This document shows, in pieces, positions 1 through 13,200 of a stretch of DNA of 64,000 nt (within the stretch, counting starts at the first letter, position 1; every line of letters begins with the position of its first letter). A program made the position numbers and the translations under genes. This DNA is from Ophelia neglecta (Eukaryota). The notes under the pieces are model-generated. The model saw nothing but the letters and a program-made list of their open reading frames with translations, ran no database searches and had not been told where the DNA came from. The stretch is taken from positions 19,158,001-19,222,000 of the forward strand of contig OZ260664.1 in assembly GCA_965285935.1 (NCBI GenBank), written 5' to 3'.

Positions 1-1362
1 ACGAGTCATTTTATTTGGCCATAATGATTTAAACATGGGTTGTTGGCCTAGCTTTACATAGCACTGCAATTTGCTTCAATCGAAATAGTTGGGTGGGCTG
101 GGGAAATTTGTATGTTTGGAACAAAATTGGTGCAGATTAGCCTTCTCCTGTGTGGTTATAGACGGTGTCTCAATGAGAAATGGACACCCCGGGATAAAGA
201 CATTTACAGAGAATGCCTGTCTCACGCCCTGTGATCATTGTAAAAGCTGACAACCAAATTACTGTCTTTCACCAAAGCCTGCACAGTGATGTAACATTGG
301 TCAGAAGAGAGTCTCAGAGATTGCTGTCATTAATACAGTAGGAATGTGAACCCACCACTCAACAATTTCTCCTCTCAGCTCAAAGGAGGGCCATTAATTC
401 TGACTAAATCTTCACAATATAAGTGTCAAATCAGTAATTAACTGATCCCAAACAATAAGAGCAGGATGTCATTCCTAATGCCCTAACAACAGACAATGAT
501 AACAACAGACTGCATTGTTTTCACTGATCGTGTTCCACCCAAGCAGTTGCCACCAATTCCTTTACACACTCCCAACACCACACATACACGTATATATTGC
601 AACTTTAATTGTTAGAGCACAAATTCCTGCGATTGTGCATTGTGTTTCTGTAAATGCTGGCTGATGAATGCCATGTTTTGTTAGATGGAGGGTATATATC
701 TGAAGGTGATGTAACCAACTCCCACTGGTACACCTTGCACAGGTGTCATCAGCCATGATTGGACTGCCACAGGGCATATCCCGTCCCATCTAATGAGCCG
801 CCATTTTGTCTAAAAGTCCCCTAACTACCCCTGCACCCATTCCTAAACCCAAGGGCTCACTAACGAGGAACCTAACCAGAGACACAACCACTTAGAAGAC
901 AAGCTGAAATGTCTGCAAAATGGACATGACAGTTTTTAGAATACGCCCTGCGGCTACAACATAACTTGAGACCTTTCTAGCCCCCACATCAAAAGGAGAA
1001 CTTCAACGGCCCTGTGCCCGAACAATGGTCCTAAAATGACTCCAGACCCACTTTAAACCAGTAATTACTTTGTACAACTCCGTGAAAAGCTCTAATATTA
1101 ACATGGAGCAAGTGTCATTGTTACTGTAGCACTGTAGCAGCACAGGACACCAGGACAGTTTAGTGAGAATCATCCATCATTTTGCCACCCAAGGATTGTG
1201 AGAGTGATTGGCGCTCTGTACAATAAATATGCCATGCTTGGTTTATACAATAAATGTCATGGTGCGGTTGACAGGGCAACATTTCAGGGTTTGATAGGCC
1301 AACATGCCTAGCCCGGCTGGCACTATCTCCAGGTCTGGTCTGAGGACATTCTCTAACATATA

Positions 1363-1540
1363 CAGTGAAACCTGTGAATTGAGACCCCCCAAGGGACTGG
1401 AAAATACCGGTCTGATTATAAAGGTGGTCTATTTAGACAGGTAAATTAATATTGAAAGTATGCAGTATGGTCTAAATGCTAGTGGTCTGAATTGGCAGGT
1501 GGTCTGAATATGGAGGTGGTCTTTAAGGCAGGTTTCACTG
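1363..1540. mobile_element. Tc1/mariner(pogo)-type MITE, copy 1 (178 bp)
   Basis: TIR CAGTGAAACCTG...CAGGTTTCACTG flanked by TA on both sides; a related copy lies at 25954-26131. Confidence 0.88.
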
Positions 1541-4500
1541 TACACAGGGATGGTTGAGGCGGACATCTAAGCGGACATGGCGATCTGTCACAGCATTTCC
1601 CCGAGATATATGTGTTATGCATCTAGACAACCACAATGAGTTGGCTGCTCTGACCAATCAGAATGGCAGTCAGAAGTCGGAAGGTGTGAAAAATATGGCA
1701 ATAATGTTCACTGTTTTCACACCTTTAGACACTAGACAGTACAGGCCATCTGCCATTCACAAGTCCAGGACAGTAGCCCCTACCAAAGATCACCTGGCCA
1801 CTATCACAACCTTCCCCACCAGCCCCGAATCCTCACCACCACTTCACCCTGGCCACAGACCATACCTGAGGTGTATCAAGGTACATGGAGTGGAGCCACA
1901 AGGCGGTAATTTACCCTCACACCAGGTGGCCAACATTAGGCAACCTGTCAGCAAACCTGTCTCAACATAAACAACCACTGAGGTGATACAAAGTGTTAAA
2001 ATTACATACAAGGTGCTCATAAATATATAACACTGTATCTAAATGATACAATTCTTCATTAACCATTTTCCTTCAGAGAACAACTGATATTATAGTTTAT
2101 CACTAGGAGAAACAGATTTCTAGCAAGTCAAGGACAAACTAGATATAAATACTTAAATGTGGTACAAGGAAACAAATTCTGTCATGTTTATAAAGCGATT
2201 TCTTATATGTCATATTTTCATACTTGAGCCAGAAAGGGAGACATTAGCACTATTTTAAATTCAATTATTGTATATTCTCTCAATTGATGTGGTTAACAGG
2301 TCACCCGATATGATTAGGCGAGTTTATGTAGCCTAGCCACTAATGTATCATTTGCTACACATTATGCAAATTTATTGGCCTTGTTGCCTAGGCAGGGTAA
2401 CCCATCACCGCAGAATGTTCAAGGGAGGACAGATAAATCCAATGGACCCTGGTCATCAAATCTCCATCATTTACCTCCACAAATACCTACACAGAGACTA
2501 GACTACCCCCATCGGCTCATAATACTGGCAACTACATAAAACTGAATGATAAAAGGCACAGCAAAAATGGTCTCCCAAGCTTTCATGCTTTGTAAAGTAG
2601 CACAGTTTTTTATCCAAGCGTATCATATATATGTTTAATTAAACATATACAGGAAGTTGGTCCATTTGTTCTGCGGTCGGCATACAAACGGGAAGGCCAA
2701 CATAATATACATAAATAAATGCACTGAAAGCAGATTTCAAATGATGGCAAAAATTCAATGATGTCTTATGGTTTATATCAATACAACAAATTCTAATCCC
2801 TGTGTTTCAATTTTGGACTGAAGTGGTTTGTTTAGTCCCACAAACATGAAAAGCAGACGCATTGGAAAAAAATGTTGAAAAGGACTTGCACCAATTTACC
2901 TCCAAGGGGCCACTGTGAGTGTGGGGCGTGTATGAGCCGAACTAACGCTCAAATAAAAAGAAAGGCGGTGAGTGATCGGATCAAAATTCCAATCCAATTG
3001 TAAATACTAAAGGTGAAAACAACATGAGGAAAAAAAGTTAAAAGTACTATTGGCTACATGGAAAAACATGGTATAATATTGGTTGTAAATCTTGAGACTG
3101 ATTTGACACATGTGACCAGCATCAGGTATAAGGTGGTTGTTACAAAACTATCATTTACAGGTACCAGCAGCACCCGATGACAAGCAAACTAAGGGGACCA
3201 GGCCACACTGAAAACTCAATAATCTTCACTTAATATGTCACATATTAATTCTCTTATATTTAAAAATAATACTATTTTATTACATGTAGCTCTCATTCTC
3301 TAAAAAGAAAAAAAGAAATTGCTGTAGATAAGTTTTTTTCAAAGATAATGCTTAGAAAACAGCCATACACTGCCATGAATGTAAAAGGTCCTACAGTATT
3401 ATGCAAAAGCTACAAGTTGGCGTCAGTGAAAGAATTTGAAGTGCCGAAAACAGGCCGTCGGAAATTTTAAATTTAAATCACTCTGCAGAGTGAAAAGATT
3501 TTCTCCTTTTGACAGGTAAAACTATTAATTACAGACTCGTATTACAATAAACTTAACGACCTTCAAAGTAAGGGAATATCTTCTTTATGCCAAGTGGAAA
3601 GTACCGAACCTATAATGCTAATATTGAATTAAGAACCTTTGAATGGTTGGACCAATAATTTTTAAAAGCACTCATATTTTACTCATAAGCTGAGAAAACA
3701 TTGCCTTATTACTACAAGTTACGGGCATGCCTTCTCCAAGCATGGGAAGTGTGCCCAGCATGGATATTTACTGATAAAGATGCAAGTCCTAACATAGTTC
3801 TACCAATAGCTTCTTTATCTGAGAATTCCAACCAATATTGCATTCATGAATGGACCAATACGCAACTTATTATTTTTGGCCTTGGCTAAGAATCTATAGC
3901 TTAAACTCAATCAAACATCTGGTAAGTGGATATCTCGATCAAACACAAATCTGACTGGTAAAAGTTAGCCCTTGTAGGGTGTGTCTACAGCTATTATCAT
4001 GGCCTAAACTAGAAATGAAATGCTCTCCCACGCAAAGAAAAACTCCACTGACTTCATTGCAATGCACATAATATTGTACATGGGTGTAATCCGCCATGGG
4101 GATTGTGAGGGGAGAGTCTTTGGCGGATCTTTCCAGAACTGAGTTTCAATTTCTTTGCCGCAGGCCTGATTCTATGGGCCGGTATCAAAATTGAGCAATT
4201 ACGTGGGCAATTATCAGGCTTGTCTTTTAGCACGATGTTCATTGATGTGTCTGGATTGGGCCATACATTGCCCCAGTATAAATCAAGAAACTTTGGAGGC
4301 TAAATATCCTGTAATTGTCCCTGTTTTATCATGTTATCTCTTCTAAAATTAACATAATTTCATACCAATTCGTCCTGTTACATAACCCTTCCTGAATCTA
4401 GCTGCTTATGACTCAAGTAAAGACAATAAATTCACTGGTATTGTTGAAATACAGCGTGCTAACCATGCCATTATTTTTACAGTATCAGTTGAGCTGATAT

Positions 4501-6185
4501 GGGGAGTAATTGTGCTATCACAGCAGCCAAGGTTAGACCAGGGCTGAGGGTGGTATTTCCCATCACTTACACTGGTCTAAACAGTTTGGATACAAATTTT
4601 CATTTCCAAGCCTGCCAACACAAGGAAAAGACACTCAAATTGGCCAAACTATAGTGATTTATGGCTCCAAGAGAAACACCGGGGAATGTGGTGTTGAAAT
4701 GAGTCAATTCTCTGCTAAGCATCTTTACTGTTTTTGTTTATAACACTCCCATACCGTGGGCTTCAGAAAAAACAAAATTGCCTTGCTGATCGAAATAGTT
4801 CACTGTATTGTCACAGTATTTTGTGTTCATGTCACATGTACATTGAAATATTGCTGGAGTTTTTCCAAGTTGCGCCCTATTATACAGATTCTGATTTAGA
4901 TTGCGTCCCAGACGAGGATATTACTGGCGATATTGTCACGGCAGCCAATGTAAAGTTCACAGTCGACTGCGATTCAGCCAAGATTGGGCCGATATTCGCC
5001 TAAATGCACGCCTTAAAACACGGCTGGATTATAATTCAGACTTGTCACATTAATGTCATACCTCCGACACAGACAATAATACCCGATGCAGTCGGGATCT
5101 GAGAGTATTCACGGCTCCTTTCACCGAACCAGCATCGAGCCTTCAAATAACCAGGCACGGGCAATAAATATTTTGAATAACTTGAAAAGTCATGATCAAG
5201 GCACATGTTACATGTATGGATTTGTTGTTTCATAAAGATGCCTGTATGACCCAATTAGTCTTTTTTGAAAAGGACTTTTATTCAAATGCTTTGCTAACGA
5301 GGTTTTTAGTAAAACATGGAAGGACTGAACTAAAGGTGATGTATGGTTAATTTCCATGATAATTATCTTTTTAAGAAGATAAAACACTCTTGTACAGAGA
5401 CATAAATCAGAACAATTAAAAAGATTATCAGATGTTAGTATCTCTTTTTACTAATTATAAAAGTACAGGTACGATTTGGACAAAGATGAATTATGTAATG
5501 TTGCTGAAGTGTGTACACGTACATGTGAAGCACCTTTGGGTTCCCAGACAAGAAAAATACTACCAGGGTTATCCAGTGCACATACACAATCTATTTGTAA
5601 AATTTGAATATAACCAAGTTTTTCAGTCTCTGCAGCAGTTTCAGAGGAACGAGTTAGATTTTTTCGGTTTCGGTACAGTGACATTTCCACTGGTGATTGC
5701 TCAGGTATTAACAAATTTACCGCTGACAGGCATGCCTACCCTTGATAGATAGTGTTTATTGATTGGCTGACCAATGGCCAGTGGGATATTCCTGCCATAA
5801 GCCAGTTAACCTGCAGATCAATGGTCTGACTTAATCAGTAGTTCACCATATTTTTGAGAAGAGTCTGACGGCAGAGCTGATCCAGGTGTGAACTGGACAT
5901 GAACTAGGCCAGCAAGGTGTCAGCAGGCTGTTACTAATTATAACGAGAGATTTAATCAGTCATCATTATGCTATCTCCAAACATTAATATCTCATCAGTT
6001 CCACTTGACAGCTCATCTTCTGATATAACTCAAAATGTCTAGTGCTGAACTAATTAATTAAACAGAATTTGTATGAAACAAGAACGAAAACAATCTTGAA
6101 ATTATCAACCTTTAAATCTACCCCCCCCCCCCCCCCCCCCCCGAAGATTTAAACTGGTGTATGAAAGTGAAAAAAAAAAGTGAAA

Positions 6186-6386
6186 AATACCATTGGTTTA
6201 TATTTTTAAATGAGCTTTAAATCAGCATAAGAAAGAAATAAGTTTCAAAAAGATAGAAATAATAAAAATTCCCAATGATTATTTATAAAAAGTTGTATAA
6301 TGTAGGTTATTATTTCTACCTTTTTGAAACTTATTTCTTTCTTATGCTGATTTAAAGCTCATTTAAAAATATAAACCAATGGTATT
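6186..6386. repeat. Long inverted repeat (80-bp arms, 41-bp loop) in Fat4 intron 1
   Basis: 6186-6265 is the reverse complement of 6307-6386 with one mismatch (6253/6319). Confidence 0.92.
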
Positions 6387-9300
6387 CCACTTAGTATGAG
6401 CACAGGTATCACTTTCAGGTACTAGTTTGTTGGTTAGGAGACCAGACCAGGACTGAAAAATACAATTTCTATATTGTGAAATTTTTACTTTGAAAATATA
6501 ATAGTTGCCATCAGGTTCTACACAGAATGTCAATGACAAAAATTATAGAACTAAGTAGTTTTGTTGTTGCAATTTTCTGTATTTCATTGAATTGATTTCG
6601 TGCCAAGTCCACAGCTAACGAATCAAAGAATCAAATCGACGAATCAAAGAATTGAGATCCTGGCAGTTCCTATGCATCCATTATATGAATTCCAATTATA
6701 GATACTTTTATATTTGGCACCAAGTTTGAAATATGTCACTAGGAAGCTTTTAACAGCAATTGTGCATTAGGCCGACCACTTTAATCACAATAGGAACCCA
6801 TTAATTACAACTTAAACTGTGATTCACATTATGACAGAATTGGTGTTACCAGTGTTATGGCAATGAACCTGGTACAGTGGCTTTATCCACCATGCATGGG
6901 TAATTGTAATAGTCACGGAGGCAGGCTCATGAATTTACTGGATGGGGGGGAGGGGTGGGGTGGGTGGGTGGGTGGGTGGGGGGGGTTGGAGAGGTGGGAA
7001 GCTTGAGAGCAGTTGACACAACCACTCCATGGGCTTGAACCACTTTCTATAACTCTGGGACATGGGGCAGGATTCCTGCCCCCCCCCTCCCCCCCCTCCC
7101 CCCATCAACCTAGCATAACTTGCCCCTAATTCTGCATGTTAAATCTTTGTCACTCCGTCTGCCACCCCATGCTTGCTAATTCCAGAAACCACCACAGTAC
7201 TTGACCAGTATACAAAGCTGGTCCTGTGGCAGGCCTTCTGGTAGCATCAGGTCACTGGACATAAACAATTGTTATCATAAAGACAACACTAAACTAACTG
7301 AACTTATCTCTGACAGTGTCTGGCAGCCGGGGACACTGGCACAATCGAATTACCAGCTTAAACCACTGGGTGAAACTTAGACCTCTAATTAAACTTAAAA
7401 CTAGCTTGATTAGCAAAATGTCAGATGTGACATATTCTATAATAACTGGAAATCATTCCAGCCAACTTAATCGACATAAATTTGCACAAAACCATTTTCT
7501 TTTCTTCTTACTTGCATACAATCTAGTCACTGTATGTTCTGAATTGACGGGACGACATTGCTTTCATAGTGCACCCCATAGAAAGGTATCTTTTTGAAAT
7601 GTGGCCATGCTCTGCTTCACTGCTAGCCAGTTAATATTCACAAATTGTATATACCTCTAAAAATCCCTAACTCGGGGCTATTCTCCGGCTTGATTTACAT
7701 ACCGGTTATACAAATATGTTCCACCAAAATACACAATGAGCTGAAAGTTTACCTAGGATTACATAGCCAAGATTATTGGTGCTTCTCCAAGCATGTGCCC
7801 TACTTCACCGAGGTTAAATTCCTAGCTTTAACAAACTTGTGGCTTCTGACTAGAATTGTTCAGCTAATCATGACTGGCCATTAACTAAATGCGGTTCAAT
7901 TTCACTAGAACAAGAATTACAGATATTTGTGAAAGGGACATTCCCAGGAGCAAAAGATCTTGCCTAATAAATGACTTTATTCACACCTAGAAGTACAAAT
8001 TACAAAACAAGGTAGGGCCGTAGGATGTACAATTAAATATACTTTAAGTCTTTAATAGGGGTATTCTCTTTAATTCAGACAAAGAAATGATGCATTGCAA
8101 CAGAATCCAGGATGTGCTAGTAATTAGAAAAGTATTTAATTGATAACTATTGCATGAACATAACAAAAGAGCCTACAAGCCTTGAAGGCAGCTACCAAGG
8201 GATTGCCAATAATTGGTTGATGTAATTCTTACCCCATGGGGACCTAAATCATGGAGATTAAACAGGCTGTACCTGCATAAACCAATCCACTTAGACCATA
8301 TAACTTAGGTACATTTCCCTAGCTCACAGAAAACCATAATTGGCCATTACTTTTCCAGCAATTACAAGAAGCTCAGGCTAAAATGAAGGCTATGGCTATA
8401 ATAGATTTGGGGCCCGGACCAACTGGGCTATTATAATTGATCTTCTCCATTTAATCTGATATGTCAACAAGCCACTGTCTTCAGCTGGCTTTCCAGGCAG
8501 GACAATAGCCAGGGACAGACAATACACTTCAATATATTGATCTAAAGAGTGTAAACACTGGAGAATTGCTTTCAAAGTGGCGGACTGGGCAATTTTGCTT
8601 GCAAATCTCTCAAATTGTAAAAAATACAAGGGTGACAAGAGGAGCTGACCTCTTTTTCAGAGAAGATGCTTCAGCTTCAGAGAGCATCTCAACATGCTTG
8701 AGGAAGTTGAGGGTGTGGGATGGGTGTCCCTTCTCAAAGGGGGTCAAGGAGTAAGCCCCAGCCTCCCCCCTCCACCCTCAGAGAGAGGACACCCCTACCT
8801 CACACCCAATATAACAGCACCGCACACCCCCATTATCAATATTCTGAATGCAGAATCACAGGCAGGGCTTGGTGGAAGGCGAGGCTTGGCAGCTAACCAG
8901 GCTAACAGATTGTGATTAAATCTATGAACTAGACATACAAAGTAAGGTATAAAAGTAAATAGCACAATGCAGCATTCAAAGCCATGCATAATGGCCAGAC
9001 CATGTTAAATTGTCATCAGCATGAACCGGTAAATCATGACCATTTATAGAGCCAATTTACTGGTATACAAATGATTATAAACTTCATGAACAAGATGATT
9101 GTGGACTGTGGAGAGAGGATTTAAAACTCAAATAAAGGACTTAAAGTTGTATTAGACTGAATAACAGAAGTGCAATTGTAGATTGTATTATGACAAATTT
9201 TCAAATCATTCAGGCATCTTTAGGAATTTATTTACAGTCATTAAAATTTAGCATAAGCTACGAGGTCCAACGCTAAGCTTCTATACTATGAGACAAGTTT

Positions 9301-10282
9301 AGTTCTCCTTAGGGACTCTTGCCATAACATGCCTTTAATTACGACTTCTTACTGTTCTACCCTCACACTAAGTAGCTTAGTTGTACTAACTAGAAAAGCC
9401 AGCATGTTGCAGGGGTATGGCATGGGCTTACAATAGGCCTGTGGACAAAGGCACCCAAGTAACAATAGCCAATAATTAGACCGATACCAAGTCCAGCTAT
9501 TGTCCACACACAACGTCTTGTGTCACGCTTTCTCCTGTCCTAATACAACATTATTTTCAACTTCATTTTAAACCAATCCTCAACTGGACTAAGAAGATTT
9601 TCCAAAGCCACAATGAAGTGACTAAATAATAACAGCTATATCTAGTATTTAGTATTATTATACCTCTGAGCCATCTAATATTAATTTTTAATGGTTTGCA
9701 GGTAGTGTGGACAATGTTTACGAAATCCTAAACTGAATGTCTATTGTCAATGGACCAGAGTGGTCAATATTAGTGGCCTGAGGATTGCCTGATCGATGGC
9801 TATAAAACCAATGAATAGTGGCAAACCAATTCTAAACAGATTCTGTTTCATATGCAGGTCGTTTGGCAGAGTAACAGTCAGAATTATTAATGAAGCAAAA
9901 TAATTTTTTAATGATCAGGTGATACATTATACTCTGATCAGTGCAACACATTAGTTGCAAACTAACGAACAAAAATAATATTGAAGAGTTTTACTGCTAT
10001 TTCTTTTCCATCAAATCAAGGAATCTCCCTGTTATTTAAAATAGAATCTTAGTGCATCCTCTTAGATCAAAATCAATCGAAACATTAGATGTTTCAACAC
10101 CCTAAAATGAAGTCATGGTTTGCAACTGAGTTTCTTTTTATTAAACATCATAAAAATTGATTGGGAACCCAAAAATTTAACCCTGAAGTTATGACCAACA
10201 TTTTCATGAAAACAGACTTTTAGACCTAATTTGTCAAATAGTCAGTGCAAGACCTCAAATAAAGGAATGAAAAGAAACTCAC

Positions 10283-13200
10283 CATAGTGCTTCTAGTCTT
10301 GGGGGAGGTGGAGCTTTTATCCATGGCGTAGACTTCAATGTTAAAGATGTCATAGCCCTTCTCTCTATCCAAGGCCTCTGTGTTTGATATTAATCCAGTG
10401 CTGGGATTGATTTGAAAATGGCGGTTCTGTACGGTGCTCTTGGAGGTGATATTGGTAATGAAATATTCAATATTTGAGGTTGGACTGGAGCCGGTAGCCT
10501 TGACGGTGACAATGTTCGTATCGGGAGGGGAGTTTTCGTCCACCTGCCCAGAGTAGCTGGTTTGGCTAAAGGTGGGCCCATTTTCTTGAGCAGCCCTGGC
10601 AAAGACAGTCAACTGGAAAAATGTACTTTTCTGCCCCAGTGAGTCATCACCCCCCTTGTCTACAGCCTGAATAGTGAGTGTGTGGGTCATGACCAAGGGG
10701 CTGAGGCTAGTTCTCAGGTACAAATCACCATTGTCCCTATCAATACGGAATACCTCATCCTGACCATCAAATAAGCTGTATTCAACCTGCCCATTGAGCC
10801 CACTGTCTAGGTCTACGGCATGTATTTGGGTGATTACGGTATTCGGCTGAGCCCCTAGGAGCACAGGCACAGCATTCATGGACACAAAAACAGGGCTGTT
10901 GTCATTGATATCACCCACAACAATGGTTACTAGTTTCTGGCTGGACTTCCTAGCAGCTACAGGCAAGGCTTGGTCAGTGGCTACAATCACTAGCTTGAAA
11001 TTATCAGAGTACTCATGGTCTATGTTCTGTTGTACGGAGATCACACCTGTGTCAGCGTTGATTATAAAATGCCGGCCTTCAGGCTCTTGTCCTTTTATGG
11101 AGTATTTGAGTTGTCCGTTGATGCCTGAATCTGGGTCGGTGGCTTGGATGGTCACCACGGATGTGCCGATCGCCACCCCTTCCCGTATCTGGCGACTGAT
11201 ACTACTAGCGGGAAACTCGGGCGCGTTGTCGTTGTAATCCAGAATGTTAATAGTAAGCTGTAGGTCGGCAGACATGCTGGGCACACCTGCGTCGGACGCA
11301 GATACAGTGACGGTGTACTGGCTCTTCTGCTCATAGTCCAGCCCCGCGGCCAGGTACAGTTTGCCAGAGTTACTATCAATGTGGAACATAGTACCAACAT
11401 TACCCGCTGTGATCTGGTAACTTACAAAGGCATTGTTAGCAAAGTCAGGATCGAGAGCTTGGACTTCGCAGATAAATTCACCAGGTGGAGCAGTTTCTAT
11501 GATGGAAAATATAGTCTCAGATTGAATAAACCGAGGCGCATTGTCATTGTTATCTAGTACTGAGATTCTGACTTCGGCGGTAGCATTTCCTGCGGGAATC
11601 CCAGAATCCATTGCCATCACTACTAACACATACTCATTTAACAGCTCACGATCTAATGGGGCCAATAACTCAATTTGACCACTCAGTTCATCAATCCTAA
11701 ACTTGCTGCCATCGTTACCGCTGAGAATCATGTAGGTCAACTTGGCATTGTCCCCTGTGTCCCTGTCAGAGGCGCTAACTCGGACAACTTGGGTATCAAT
11801 CTCCGCATTTTCGTACAAGGAAGCGTCATAGGTCTTCTGGGTAAATTCAGGAGCGTTATCATTGGTATCGACAATAAATACTTTCACAGTGGCGGTGTCT
11901 TGTAGCCTGCTCTCTCCATTGTCTTGCACAATAACGGCAAAACTGACAAAATCCACCATTTGTGTATCGATCATGTTTTCTCTGTCGTACACTTGCCTGC
12001 TGGTCAAAACGCCCGTTTTGGAGTTGATGCCAAACCCTTCTTGATCGTCCATCAGCCTGTATGACAATTCTGAATTGCGACCCATGTCCAAATCAGTTGC
12101 CATGACAATCCCTATAGAGGTCCCGATAGGGCTATTCTCCAAGAGACTGAAAATATAGGTGGCGTTTGTGAATTGCGGTTTGTTGTCATTTGCATCCATG
12201 ATGTGGACAGTGACATTTGCCATCGAACTCCTTGCCTCAACCCCTTTATCTGAGGCCTTAACGGTCAGTACATACAGGTCCCTATCTTCTCGGTCCAAAG
12301 GATGGGCGACGTACAAAACACCATCGGGAAAGATCCCAAACCTTTCGTTATGGTTGCCTCTTAGAATTTGATAGGTCACCTCGCCATTCATGCCAGTGTC
12401 GGCGTCAGTGGCAGTCACCTGGAAGAACCGATCGTTGACCGGTCGAGATTCGCTGATAGAAACTTCGTAAGCTGCCTGTTGGAAAGTTGGTGTGTGATCG
12501 TTAACGTCTCTGAGAATGATAGACACTGACTGTCTAGAAGATAGTCTTGGGGTACCAGCATCGACAGCAACCACTGTAACCGAGAACTGCTTCTCTGAGA
12601 CTTGTGACAGTGCCTCTCCCAGCTTGACCATTCCTGTGTCTTTATCGACTGCGAAATACTTGCTAGAATCTGCAGTTAAAGTATAGGTTACTTTTCCGTT
12701 ATTTCCAGAATCAGGATCGGCAGCTTTCGCGAGATGGATGTCGTGTCCTACTGGCCAGTTTTCTACTACATAGGCCTCGGCAGTGGGGCTGGAATAGTGA
12801 GGGACATTGTCATTTAGATCTGTAACTGTGACATTGACGGTGGTTTGAGCATGGACAGGACCGCCGACAGCAACGATGCTCAGCGAATAGGAAGACTGGG
12901 ATTCTCGGTCGATCTCTTTGACAGTGCTGATCACTCCTGTGTCAGAATTCACCATGAACACCCCGAGCTTGTCGCCACCTGTGATTGAGTACAGGATCCT
13001 CGCTCCTCTGGCTGAGGCGCTCACCTGCCCAACCAGCCTGCCTAGCCTGGGGGCGCTGCGACCATCGTCTTCAGGTAGCGTGAAAGCATAGCCTTCAGTA
13101 GAGCTGAAGACAGGGGGAGTGTCCTGGACGTCATTCACCGTAATCTCAACAATGGCCGATTCTTTGGATTGAAGAGACCCAATGTCGCGAGCGACGACAG

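Noticed and set aside
6944-7103. G-rich then C-rich tracts as a functional G-quadruplex switch
   Set aside because: Such tracts are frequent across the window and usually mark decayed MITE ends; there is no specific support.
1-10200. Further Fat4 exons or nested genes (for example ORFs 1554-1970 and 4734-5003)
   Set aside because: No cadherin motifs and no phase-consistent splice pairs with recognisable protein.
10226-10282. C-terminal 18 aa and stop of the 1800-aa ORF, suggesting a secreted cadherin without a TM segment
   Set aside because: Read-through past a consensus GTGAGT donor in mid-EC16; the gene continues outside the window.
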